In this document: positions 26,421-37,990 of the stretch, in pieces
Position numbering within the stretch: position 1 is the stretch's first letter
How the letters are laid out: each line of letters begins with the position of its first letter
Source of the DNA: Chiloscyllium plagiosum
Taxonomy: Eukaryota
DNA length: 64,000 bases
Reading direction: 5' to 3'
NCBI RefSeq assembly: GCF_004010195.1
Contig: NC_057757.1
Coordinates: 6,166,885-6,230,884 of the forward strand
Program-made: the position numbers and the translations under genes
The notes under the pieces: generated by a model
The model's database searches: none
Told to the model about the DNA's origin: nothing
What the model saw: the letters and a program-made list of their open reading frames with translations, nothing else

Positions 26421-26584
26421 ACAATAGATACTGGCACAAAGGGCTCACAATCACCTTTATATTTCACCCCCACCTCCTCTAAGCCATTCTCCATCCTGAC
26501 TTGTAGAAGTATCACCATTCCTTCAGTGTCACTGGGTCAAAATCCTAGAACCCCCTCCCTAACGGCACTGTGTGGGTGTCCCCT

Positions 26585-27925
26585 TTTTTAAATTTATTCA
26601 TTTGTGGGGTGTGGGTGTCGCTGACTGGGCCAGCATTTATTGCACGTCCCTATTTGCCCCTTGAGAAGATGGTTGGTGAGCTGCCTTCTTGAATCACTGC
26701 AGTCCACCTGCTGTAGGTTGACCCACAACGTCATTAGTAAGTGAATTCCAGGATTTTGATCCAGTGACAGTGAAGGAGCTGTGATTTTTTTTTTCCAAGT
26801 CAGGATGGTGAGTGACTTTGAGGGGAACTTGAAGGTGGTGGTGTTCCCATGTAGCTACTGCCCTTGTCCTTCAAGATGGAAATGGTAATGGGTTTGGAAG
26901 GTGCTATCTGAGGATCTTTGGTGAATTTCTGCCGTACATCTTGTAGATGGTACATACTGCTGCTACTGAGCGTCGGTGCATCACCAGCGTGCACGTGGCA
27001 TGTCATTTTCCAATACAACCCTGGAATGGCCCATCACTCATCCAGTAAGGAGCTTGAAGTCAACCTAATGTCATTGGAAAAGTGGTTTGGTAGGCCACCT
27101 TGAATCCTGTCAGCCTGGCAGTCTCTGTGGCTCCGCAAGGCAAGCTAAGGTCTCAGATTCCCATTCCATCACCTTACTGGTGAGCTTGGCAAAGCCAGCC
27201 CAGCCTTTGGCACTCCTTGTCCCCAGAGGCAAAACACAGCACCACCGTTTGAGGACGTAGCGCCAATCAAGCAGCCTGCTTTGAGCAGCACGATGGCTCA
27301 GTGGTTAGCACTGCTGCCTCACAGCGTCAGGGACCTGGGTTCAATTCCAGCCTAGGGAGACTGTGTGGAATGTGCGTATTCTCCCAGTGTCTGCGTGGGT
27401 TTCCTCCGGGTGCTCTGGTTTCCTCCCACAATCCAAAGATATGCAGTGAATTGGCCATGCTAAATTGCCCATAGTGTTCAGGAATGTGTAGGTTAGGTCA
27501 ATTAGACAGAGGTTAATGTAGAGTAATGGGGAATGGGTTTGGATGGGATCCTCTTTGGAGGGTTGGTGTGGACTTGGCCTGAAGGGCCTGTTTCCACACT
27601 TTAGGGGTTCTATTCTTCTATCCTCTTTGTCCTGGATGGTGTCAAGCTTCTTGAGCTGCACCCATCCAGACAGGTCGGGAGTATCCCATCACAATCCTAA
27701 CTTGTGCCCTGTAGATGGTGGAGTCAGGAGGTGAGTTACTTGCTGCAGGATTCCCAGCCTCAGACCTGCTCTTGTAGCCACTGTGTTTCTGTGGTGAGCC
27801 TAGTTGAGTTTCTGGTCAATGATAACCTCCAGGATATTGACAGTGTCGGATTCAGTGATGGTAACACCATTGATGGTAATACCATTGATGGTCATTGCCT
27901 GACATTTGTGTGGTACAAACTTCCA
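26585..27925 (-). mobile_element. LINE (L2/CR1-group) 3' fragment, interrupted by an exon-derived duplication and an HE1 SINE (27285-27612, +)
   Basis: Colinear with the similar element at ~61320-62120. Confidence 0.6.
26979..27247 (+). pseudogene. Diverged partial copy of coding sequence 28572-28843
   Basis: Direct alignment, e.g. ggcccatcactcatcc, ggcaagctaag and ggtgagcttggcaaagccagcccagcct are shared; CAA>TAA change and indels in the copy. Confidence 0.9.
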
Positions 27926-28181
27926 TCACACGCCCTCCACCACACAGAGCTCACTTCCACCTTCTCAGCTGGTAAATTAGGACCAGGCAACAAAATGTTG
28001 GCCTAACCATCCATAATCCCAAATACATTTAAAAATAAATTTAGATTTTCAGCGATAACTTTAACACTATCTTTGCTTAATTCTCAGGTGCCAATGTGAA
28101 AACAGCAGTCCCATGGTCAGATGTATTCTGCTCCAATGTAGATAAGCTCAAACAGAAGAACGTGCCCTCTATAAATTAGTA

Positions 28182-29708
28182 ATGCAAGGTTCAGCAGATG
28201 AACCCCGCCCTGCCAATCCACATTTAGGCAGTTGCTTTCTGAAGCACCAACAGGCAAATTCTAACGAGTTCAGGAGTCACAGCGGAGAGGCCGGCCCCCT
28301 CCAGCTCTCCGAGGAGAGACACCAAATGCCCGCTCTCGAGTTGGATCAAGGCCTTGGATTGGCTGCGACCCCGTGCACGGACAGACCTCGAGACAGCACC
28401 GACTCCAGAGTGGCCAAACTCAGGACTCCCCGGATTGCTAAGTCCTGCCCCGGTTCGGGATTGGTCTGCAACTCTGAGGGCTGCCAGAACCCGGCCGTGC
28501 TTCCGTGCACGAGAACTCCTGAACCCTGCCTTCGACACAGAGAACCAGGGGTTCACCATCACCACCACCACCATCACCATCGCGCGCGTAGTGTGTCATT
28601 TTCCGATGCGACCCTGGAGTGGCCCATCACTCATCCGGTGAGGAGCCTGAAGTCAACCCAATGTCAGTGGAAAAGTGGTTCGGTAGGCCACCCTGAATTC
28701 TGTCAGCCTGGCAGCCCCTGTGGCTCAGCGAGGCAAGCTAAGATCTCAGATTCCCATTCCATCTCCTTACCGGTGAGCTTGGCAAAGCCAGCCCAGCCTC
28801 TCGGCAACCCTGGTCCCCAGAGGCAAAACAAAGCACCGCAGTGTCGCTTTAGCTCCGATCCTGTCCGATGTTCTAATGCCTCACACTCTCATTCTAGCTC
28901 TTGCCCAGTAATGCGTGCGGTCACATCTCATTCTTACTACCCTATTCCTAGCCCGGTACGACACACAGACACCTCCCAGTCTAGCCCTGCTCCAATGAGG
29001 CACACTGAAACGCCTCCAGTCCCCTTTAGCTCCACTGCGGTTAGACACACTGAGCCAACTCACTCTCGTTTGACCCCACATACCGTCCGATGTTCCAACA
29101 CGTCGCACTCTCACTCCAGCCCTGGCCCGTTGAGGCATGAGCAAACACCTCAGCCTCATCTCATTCCTCCTTCGGTCCAGTGTACTAACAAATCCCACTG
29201 TCACTCTAAATCTGGTAGCCCGAAGCACACGGAGCTGTGTCGGTCCCATCTGAGCCCCGATTCTGTCCGATGTGCAAACACATCCCATTCACACTCCATG
29301 CCCACCCTGATAAAGCACTCAGAAACTCCTCCCATCCCCTCCAGCTCTTGCCTGAAACGGCAAAGCGAGCCCCCCTGGTGCCAATTTCCCCGGGATCCTT
29401 CACGGTGCGTGAATGCCTCGCGTCTTCACTCTGGCTTCTGTCCGACAAAGCATGTCGAACCGCCTCGGTCTACCTCGATCTCGGGTCCAGTGAGGCACAC
29501 TGCCATCTCTCACTCTCAACCCATCTCAGCCTCGGCAAGGTGTGCAAACACATCGCACTCTCACTCAGCACCGGCTCCGACAAAGAAAATGCCAGTGCAC
29601 CAATCTAACTTCAGTCAGGACGAGTCCAAGCAAGCACAAAGACCTCAGACTGCCTTCAGCCTGATCCCAATAGGAGCTACCAGAAGTGGTGACGGTCAGG
29701 TACGCTAA
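28182..29708 (+). CDS. 508-codon His/Ser/Pro/Cys-rich ORF with poly-His and 15-aa tandem repeats; probable large exon (acceptor at 28088, possible donor after 29699) of the SPEM-like gene
   Basis: 1.5-kb stop-free frame in non-TE DNA; H9 at 28554-28580; degenerate 45-bp repeats that keep frame; CAG|gtacgc at 29699/29700. Confidence 0.65.
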   Translation: MQGSADEPRPANPHLGSCFLKHQQANSNEFRSHSGEAGPLQLSEERHQMPALELDQGLGLAATPCTDRPRDSTDSRVAKLRTPRIAKSCPGSGLVCNSEGCQNPAVLPCTRTPEPCLRHREPGVHHHHHHHHHRARSVSFSDATLEWPITHPVRSLKSTQCQWKSGSVGHPEFCQPGSPCGSARQAKISDSHSISLPVSLAKPAQPLGNPGPQRQNKAPQCRFSSDPVRCSNASHSHSSSCPVMRAVTSHSYYPIPSPVRHTDTSQSSPAPMRHTETPPVPFSSTAVRHTEPTHSRLTPHTVRCSNTSHSHSSPGPLRHEQTPQPHLIPPSVQCTNKSHCHSKSGSPKHTELCRSHLSPDSVRCANTSHSHSMPTLIKHSETPPIPSSSCLKRQSEPPWCQFPRDPSRCVNASRLHSGFCPTKHVEPPRSTSISGPVRHTAISHSQPISASARCANTSHSHSAPAPTKKMPVHQSNFSQDESKQAQRPQTAFSLIPIGATRSGDGQVR

Positions 29709-30152
29709 CAGAATCCGTCGCCTGGTGCTGACCTCTTTGGTAAGCCTGACTTCAAATCTCGCAAAGATGACAAACTGGTCCAGTCTCACACTTGTTGTAT
29801 TATCTGACCTGCAACCTGAACTCAACTTGTCGCGCCATTGTCTCAATCCACTTTTATTAGTGACCTTCTAAATCCAGGCTGTGGTCAACCTGAGATTCGG
29901 AGGTCAGAGAGAACAGACAAGTAGAGAGGTGACCCTGCTGATCTTCAATTGCTTCACTGGCTTTGCAAACCATTTCTCAACACCGGAGTTTTCATTACCT
30001 TCTCAGTCTATTGCCTGTCAAAAGAAAATTGGACATGCTCTACCTCTTTAAAACCCCATGGGGCACACTTGATCGGTTATTTTACCATATCTCAAAATGT
30101 AGTCACACTAATAAAGGCAGAGTGGAAAACGTTACCTTTCTTGTCTTCACAT

Positions 30153-30745
30153 TGTTATGGACCAGACCAAACTTCCTCAAACTATTCAGCAGTTAGTCTA
30201 GATCCTTACTTTTTTTTATTTTAAAGGTGAATGTAAGGTGTTGCACTCCAGATGCAAAAGAGAACACTTTATTCATCCACTGTAGTTAACAGAAAAAATA
30301 AGGAATTAGAACTCTCTGGGAAAACTTAACAGAATAATAGATATAGTAACTATTATTAATTAACTGTTCCAATTTAACAACACCCCATAAACATACCCTT
30401 GGCAAAAGGCAAATTTAGTAAAAAAAAAGATTGCCTCCATGCAGTTCTCCAATCCAGGGGGAAAGAACATCAAAAGACAATTCTGAGAGAAAGACAGAAT
30501 TCCAGCTTTCACTTCTTCAAGACCCCAACAGTAACTGCTGAAAGCTAAACCTAACACCCCTGGTTCTGTGGGAGCTTGTCAACACCCATTCAGGCTGCTT
30601 CTATTGTTCCAACTTTTAAAAAACACCCAAGGCCTCACAAGCTGTTTACTGGCTTTGCAACTAAATAGCTCAGCACCTCTATCTTAAAACCTCTCTAAAA
30701 TAAAACAGGACAAAACAATCTATTAAAGCCACAGTATTGTCGCTA
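30153..30745. mobile_element. Possible solo LTR
   Basis: Begins TGTTATGG; ~590-bp AT-rich block; right end degenerate and TSD not clean. Confidence 0.3.
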
Positions 30746-31320
30746 TATCAACTATAACTTACCACATGTGACATAATATGAAGTAATTAAATTAGAAAAA
30801 TGCTGAAGAAACTCAGCAGGCCTGGCAGTTTCTGTGCAGAGAGAAACAAAGTTAATGTTCTCCAGAAGAGCCATATTGAAATGACCACAGTTTATTCCCT
30901 CTCTAACAGACCCCAGCTCTCACAAATCCCTTAATCCACTTTTACAGTATTCACCAAGGGGCCACATTGTGGGAAAGTTTGGGAAGCACTGGTGAAAGGT
31001 CATAATTTAATCCTGTGAATTACTCTTCAGATAATGAATTGCAAAATACTGATTAAACAATAACTGCAGTCCAGCTGAATCATAATTTTAAAATACTCTA
31101 CCTTTCCTCCCTGCTTCAAGATGACTGTTGGTATTGCAAAACCAATACAAAACCTTTACAAAATTATTCCCACTCCTAAGTATTGTGCCACCGCCTGATT
31201 TACTATGCTCCACCAATTCTGATTGTGAATAAGAACTGAATCTGTGGAGAGAGAAAAACAGCGTTAACATGAACTTTTGTCAGAACTGAAAGCTGGGAAT
31301 CATATGAATACCTTGTTATA

Positions 31321-31531
31321 CAGTCGGTTCAGCTGTAGTTCCATTCTCATGCAATCCCGTGTTATAAGAAAATCGTGTAATTGCAGCACCATTTAAACTA
31401 ATGCGGCCGGAATCGCATTATAAACAATACACACTTTAAAGATTCACACTTTAGAAACAGTGTCCCCAATTCATCAATCGCATTATAGAGCATTTGTATT
31501 AACGAAATGCAAGTAATAGCAGAACAAAGTG
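31321..31531. mobile_element. Tigger-like MITE
   Basis: TA-flanked imperfect TIRs cagtcggttcagctgta and taatagcagaacaaagtg. Confidence 0.5.
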
Positions 31532-32229
31532 TAGTTCGAACTGAATTGGAAGAGGCTTGGTTTAACGTCGCGTAGAATCCCTACAATGCAGATAGAGACC
31601 ATGCAGATAGAGACCATTTGGCCCTTTGAGTCTGCACTGACCCTCTAAAGAGCATCTCTCCCAAACCATCTTATCCGTTTCTCATCCTCTCTCATTGCTA
31701 CACTGGAGTGTCAGCTCAGATAGGCAAAAGTGAGGACTGCAGATGCTGAAAATCAGAGTTTAGATTAGAGTGGTGCTGGAAAAGCACAGCAGGTCAGGCA
31801 GCATCCGAGGAGCAGGAAACGTCAGCTCAGATATAGTGTGAGCAATAAATCCAAATATCTCTTTCTTTCCCCTATTTCTTCAAATATTTCCCCTTCAAGT
31901 GTTTATCCCCTTTGGAAAGATTGAGTGAATCTGCTTCCACTGTCTTTTCAGGTAGTATATGCCTGATCATAACTCACAACATAAAAACAATTCTCTTCTT
32001 TTCCCCCTCTGGCTCTTTTGCCAACTGTCTTAAACCTGTATCCCCTCTGGTTACTGATCTGCATCTCTCAAAATCTACATAAAAAGCAGCAATCAATGGA
32101 GACCTGAAATTAAAAGGAAATCAGTCAGAAACTGGAAGTAAGACAGGTTAGGTTGTTAATAAGTTGTGGTCTGATGAAGCCTGAATCTTAAGCATTTTAT
32201 ACACAAATATTTGTGGTACTAATGCAGGC

Positions 32230-32830
32230 ATTGGAACGCTTGTTTTCATTGATCAGTGCATTGAGTCTAGGAGTTGGGATGTCATGTTGCGGTTGTACAG
32301 TACATTAGTTCAGCCACTTCTGGAATATTTTTTGGTCTCCCTGCTGTATGAAAGATGTTGTTAAACTTGAAAGGATGCAGAAAAGATTTACAAGGATGTT
32401 GCCAAGGTTGGAAGGTTTGACCTATAGGGAGAGGCTGAATAGGCAAGGGCTTTTTTTCCCTAGAGTATTAGAGGTTGAGGGGTGACCTGATAGAGGTTTA
32501 TAAAATCATGAGGGGCATGGATAGGGTTAATAGCCAAGGGTATTTTTTTCCCAGGGTAGGGAGTCCAAAACTAGAGGGCATAGGTTTAAGGAGAGAGGTA
32601 CCTGAGGGGCAACTTTTTAACACAGAGGGTGGAGCTGCCAGAGGATGTGGTGGAGATTGGTACAATTACAACATTTAAAAGGCATCTGGATGGGAACATG
32701 AATAGGAATGGTTTAGAGGGTTATTGGCCAAATATTAGAAAGTGGAGCTAGATTAATTTAGGATATCTGGTCAGCGCAGATGAGTTGGACTGAAGGGTCT
32801 GTTTCCTTGCTGTACAGCTCGAGGACTCTA
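32230..32830 (+). mobile_element. CR1 LINE 3' fragment
   Basis: RGDLIEVYKIMRGMDRVN plus family 3' tail. Confidence 0.85.
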
Positions 32831-33634
32831 AATGATGAGCAGGAGTGGGTCAAAAAACTCCTTGAGTCTGTTCCACCAATCTATTAGATCACGGCTGATC
32901 TGATTACTCCTGCCTATCCTGATAATCTTTCATCCTGTTAGAAGCCATCTAACTCTTAAAAATATTCGCAGTTTGAGGAAGAGAGTTCCAAAGACACAGG
33001 TCACTTTGTGAGACAAAAAGATTCACCCCATCCCTGTCTTAAATGGGAAACTCCTGATTTGTAAACAGTAATCTCTTGTTCCAGATTCTCCCACAAGAGG
33101 GAACATCTTCTCTACATCCATCCTGTCAAGCCCCCTCAGGATCTTAAGTAATCCAGTCAAGTCACTGCTGAGTCTTTTAAATGTCTACAGTCTGCTCATC
33201 CGTTCTTCATAATCTAGTAAAGGAAGTGCAGAAAGCTATTCGGCTCATTGAGTCTGTTCCACCATTCAATGAGATCATGGCTGATCTCTAATCTTCCTCC
33301 ATATACCCGTCTTGTTCCTATTTCCATTTTTTGGTTAATAAACACGTGTCAACCTCAATCATAAAACTAACAATTGATTAATTGCCAACTGTGAAAGAGA
33401 GTTCCATACCTCCACAACATTTTGTGTGCAGAAGTGTTTCCTGAAGGGTGTGGCTCAAATGTTTAGACTTTGTCACCTAGTGCAAGGTTTCCTGGCCAAC
33501 AGAAATACTTTATCTCCTCTGTATGTTCCTCGAACTTCTTGAAAACTAATCAAGTTGTTCCTTAATCTTACAACACAACCTTGAACCTAGTTTATTCTCC
33601 ATTTAATTTATTCCAGATTAGCAAATAATCATAT

Positions 33635-34268
33635 CCCTCAACCTCACCTTCTCATCATATGCCAAAATCTAACCTTTGCTTCCATCCCTCAATTCCAGGA
33701 GTCTTCAATCCCATCTTCTTCCCACCCCTCAATCCTATCTTCTCCAATTCCCTCAATCCCACTTCTTCCCCATCCTTCATTCCTACCCTCTTCCCCATAC
33801 CTCAATCTCACATCCTCCTCATTCCTCAGTCCCACCTTCTCGCCATCTCTCAATCCCACCTTCTCACCTATCCCTCGATCCCACCTTTTCTCCTGTCCCT
33901 CAATCCCAATTTCTCCACATCCCACAATCTTCCTTTCTTCCCTATCCCTTGATACCATCTTCTCCTCCCTATCCCTTGATACCATCTTCTCCTCCCTATG
34001 CCTGTCTTACATTCTTCCTATTCTTCAATGCCTCCTACTCCTCCGTCCCTTCACAGATCCCTCAAACTCATTTTCCCACTTCCTTCACCCCGCTTTATGC
34101 CTCTATCTCACCTTTTACCCCTAGCTCCCAATCCCACTTCCTCCACTTATCCCTTAATCCCACTTTCTGCCCCATCATTCAATCCTGCCTTCTCCCCATC
34201 CCTCAATCCCACTTATTCCTCCTTTTTCCTCAAATCCTTTTTATGCCCCATCCCTCAATCCCACCTAC
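33635..34268. repeat. Degenerate pyrimidine-rich tandem repeat (~24-bp cccatccctcaatcccaccttctc)
   Basis: Recurrent ccctcaatccca; G nearly absent from the + strand. Confidence 0.8.
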
Positions 34269-34504
34269 CCACCAGGGATGGGGGGGGAAGTTAGGAACTT
34301 GGAAGAGTGCAATTGATTGAATTGATCCTTCAAAAGGGCGGGCACGGGCATCATGGGCCGAATGATCTCCTCCTGCTCTACAATTTTCCGAGATTTAATT
34401 TCTTGACAGCATTTCCATTCGAGGCGAATTCTCCTGACACAGACACCTGAACAGGTTAATGAGAGGTCAGGGCGGATGAGACAACATTCCCCACAAGGGA
34501 CATC

Positions 34505-35300
34505 AGGGCGCGATCTGCGCACGCTCAATCCCGGACGCAACGGCAAGGCGTGCTATACGCATGCTCTATTCCGGCAGCACCGACGGTACTAGAACAGCGC
34601 ATGCTCTTTCCCGGATGAGGGGGAGCCATGGCAAGCACGTTATACGCATACTCTCTGCCGGGAGTGACGGCAGAGTCAGAAATACGCATGCTCCATGCAG
34701 GTGGAACGGCAAAGCCAGTTATACGCATGTTCTATGCCAGCAGCGACGGCAGGACTGACACTGCGTGCTCTAGTTCGCGAGTAGAGCACGTTATTCGCAT
34801 AGTCTATATCGGGAGGGACGGCAGAGCCAGATATCCGCATACTCTGTACCGGGCGCGACGGCAGAGCCAATCATGCGCATGCTCCCTGCCGGGGGAAACG
34901 CGGAGCCAGTCATGCGCATGCTCCATGCCGGGGGGAAAACGGCGGTGCCAGTCATGCGCATGCTCTATGCCGGGAGGAAACGGCGGTGCCAGTCTTGCGC
35001 AGGCTCTATGCCGGGGGGAACGGCGGAGCCAGTCATCCGCATGCTCTATGCCGGCAGAACTGACGCTGCGTGCTCGAGCTCGCGAGCGGAGCGCACGTTG
35101 CACGCATGCTCTATGCCGGCATCACGCCCGCGGGCGGGTGGCGCCGGTCCAGCGCGTGCGCACAGCGGGGAAGCAGGTTGGGTGGTGTCCATGGCGGTTT
35201 GGAACCTGTGGAATATTAAACCGTCGGGCCCAGGGCAGGGAGGAGCTGGTGACTCAGTCCGGAAACACCGGCTTGGAGCTGACTCAGGGGGCGGGCTGAA
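34505..35300 (+). promoter_or_regulatory. CpG-island promoter and probable non-coding first exon of the MB21D2/TMEM102-family gene
   Basis: CpG-dense region; ~38-bp repeats containing (T/A)CGCATGC; TGACTCA at 35250 and 35280; CCGGAA at 35259; GC box at ~35288; candidate donor CAG|gttggg at 35176/35177. Confidence 0.6.
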
Positions 35301-35899
35301 GTGTTAAAGGGCTCATAAATGTGCGAGGAGACGGGCTGTGAAGGGATGGAAGCAGGTGTGTGTGTGTGTACCTCTATGGGAATGTGGGCCTGTCCTTCTT
35401 CCTCCTTCGCTGGGGCTTATTTTCTCCTAATTGCCTCTCTCAGGGTCACGACATTTTGCTGTGGTGACTTGGCCCTAATGCCCAATCTCCCGGGAGTTGA
35501 GCTGAGTTGGGACTGGGGCAGGCACTTCGACTTTGGAAGGCATCACTTTCGAGCATGATAGTTCTGCTGCCTATCTCTGATGTCCTGATGAAGGGTCCTG
35601 CCTGAAATCTCGACTCTCCTGCTCCTCGGATGCTGCCTGAGCTGCTGTGCTTTCTCCAGCGCCACACTTTATTGACTCTTGACTGTCCAGCATACTGATG
35701 GATACTGATTAAGGATGATCATATTGAATGGTGGTGCAGGCTCGAAGGGCAGAATGGCCTGCTCCTGCACCTATTGTCTATTATCTGCAGTCCTCCCTAT
35801 CTCCTAATCTATACACACTTCACATCCCCTCCCCCTGACCCCACAAAAGACTAGAGATGCTTGATGAGTGATTGGGAAGAGGACACTCTGTGGCATTGG

Positions 35900-36560
35900 A
35901 CTGTGGTTCCAGTGATGAGCTTAACCAATGAGGATAGATCGAACAAGTTGGGACTGTTCTCCGTGGAGAGAAGAAGGCTGAGCGGGAGATCTGATAGATG
36001 TTTTCAAAATCGCGAGTGAGCTGGATCGAATAGACAGAGAGAATTTGTTCCTGTATGTAAAAAGAGCAAGAATGAGAAGGCATAGATTTAAACTGATCGG
36101 TAAAAGAAGTGAGGGTGAAATGAGATTTGAAAGGGACCTAAGGGGCAATCTTTTCGCGCAGAGGGTGGTGCGTGTATGGAATGAGCTGCCAGAGGAAGTG
36201 GTGGACACTGGTACAATTACAACATTTAGAAGGAATCTGGATGGGCACATGAATAGGAAGGGTTTGGAGGCATATGGGACTAGATTATTTTAGGATATCT
36301 AGGCATGGATGAGTTGGGTTGAAGGTTCTGTTTCCATGCTGAATATCTCTATAGACTCTGAGGCAAAGCTTTTTCACTCAGCAAGTAGTTAGGGTCTGGA
36401 ACACACTGCTTGGAAACATGGTGGAGACAGGTTCAATTCAGGCATTTGAGGGGGCATTGAATAATTATTTGGATACAAATAATGTTTAGGGCTTTGGGAG
36501 ATTGGCACTAAGTGATGCTGTTGATGTAAGCAAACTGGGTCGAATGTTATAGCGCAGGAG
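35900..36560 (+). mobile_element. CR1 3' fragments (nested)
   Basis: RDLRGNLFAQRVVRVWNELPEEVV plus 3' tails. Confidence 0.75.
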
Positions 36561-37489
36561 GCCATTTCTGTGATTCAGCTAACCATCACCCCAACTCCTA
36601 CCCTCCTCCCCCTCCCCAATGCCAAATTGGCATTAAGAATTGCCTAAACTCAATACAGTTTGGAGAATTTATAACCTGTACTGGGTTGTCTATCCACGTG
36701 AGGCCAGTGCCAGCTCTGGCTCCTCTCTTGCATCACAGTGAGCCAGAAGACGGTAGTGGTTTTGAGCCCTGCTCCCTGATATGTGAATGCAAGAGGAGTG
36801 TGCTGTGCTGTCAGAGTTGTTGATTTGGATGAAGTATTAAATCAAGTTTGTCCCTCACCCTCCTCCTTTTAAGCTCCCCCTCTCCCCCCACATTCACCCC
36901 ATCCTTGCTCCCCCTTACCTTCTCCATTTGTTCTAACAGGTCAGTGTAAAAGATCCCATGACACTAGTTTCAAAGAGAGCAAGGGAGTTGTAGAATCCCA
37001 AAGGAAGTAGGCCATTTTGCCCATCGAGTCTGTACTGACCTATCACTTCCAAGCCCACCCCATCACTGAATTTCCCATGGTTAATCCACCCAGCCTACAT
37101 GTTCCTGAACACTATGGGGCAATTGTGTATGGCCAATCCATCCTAACCTGTGCACATTATATCTGGCAAAGTTTACTGTAATTTTCTCTCCAATTATTGT
37201 AGTTCCTTTTCATTGGATCACATGCACGTAAATATACTTATTCAGTCGAATGGTCACACTGAATAGCAACAGTTGATTCAATTTCTCCTCAAATGTTGGA
37301 GTACCTCAGGTTAGGAGAGTTCCAAAACTAGAGGGTTAAAGGTGAGAGAGGGAAGATTTATAAGGGACCTGAGGGGAACAGTTTCACGCAGAGGGTGGTG
37401 TGTGTATGGGATGAGCTGCCACAGGAAGTGGTGGATGCTGGTACAATTACAGCATTTAGAAGGCTGGGTACATGACTAGGAAGAGTTGA

Positions 37490-37990
37490 GATTAGATTCC
37501 CTACAGTGTGGAAACAAGTCCTCACCAACCCTCCGAAGAGTAACCCACCCAGTCCCATTTCCCTCTAATGCACCTAACACAATGGGCAATTTAGCCTGGT
37601 CAATTCACCTGACCTACACAACTTTGGACTGTGCTCTGGTTTCCACACTGTAGGGAATCTAATCTAAACTCTTCCTATTCATGTACCCAGCCTTCTAAAT
37701 GCTGTAATTGTACCAGCATCCACCATTTCCTCTGGCAGCTCATCCCATACACCCACCACCCTCTGCGTGAAGATTTGTGCTGCTGTGGGTTCAAAGTTTC
37801 TCTCCAAGTATATATTACTATAATTCACACCTTGCATTATTCCACCAATGCAGTGTTAGACACACCCTCTAATCCACGCAGACACGGGGTGGGGAGGGAA
37901 TGTGCAAACTCTACACAGACGGTAGCCCGAGGCTGGAATCGAAGCTGGGACCCTGGTGCTGTGTGACAGCAGTGCTAACCACTGAGCCGG
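37490..37990 (-). mobile_element. HE1 SINE interrupted by templated inverted insertions
   Basis: SINE tail at 37490-37633 and head at 37874-37990; the intervening DNA is reverse-complement copies of neighbouring sequence. Confidence 0.8.

Noticed and set aside
33659..35307. ORFs of 100-220 aa over the pyrimidine repeat and CpG-island repeat
   Set aside because: Stop-poor tandem repeats open in several frames on both strands; no coding signature
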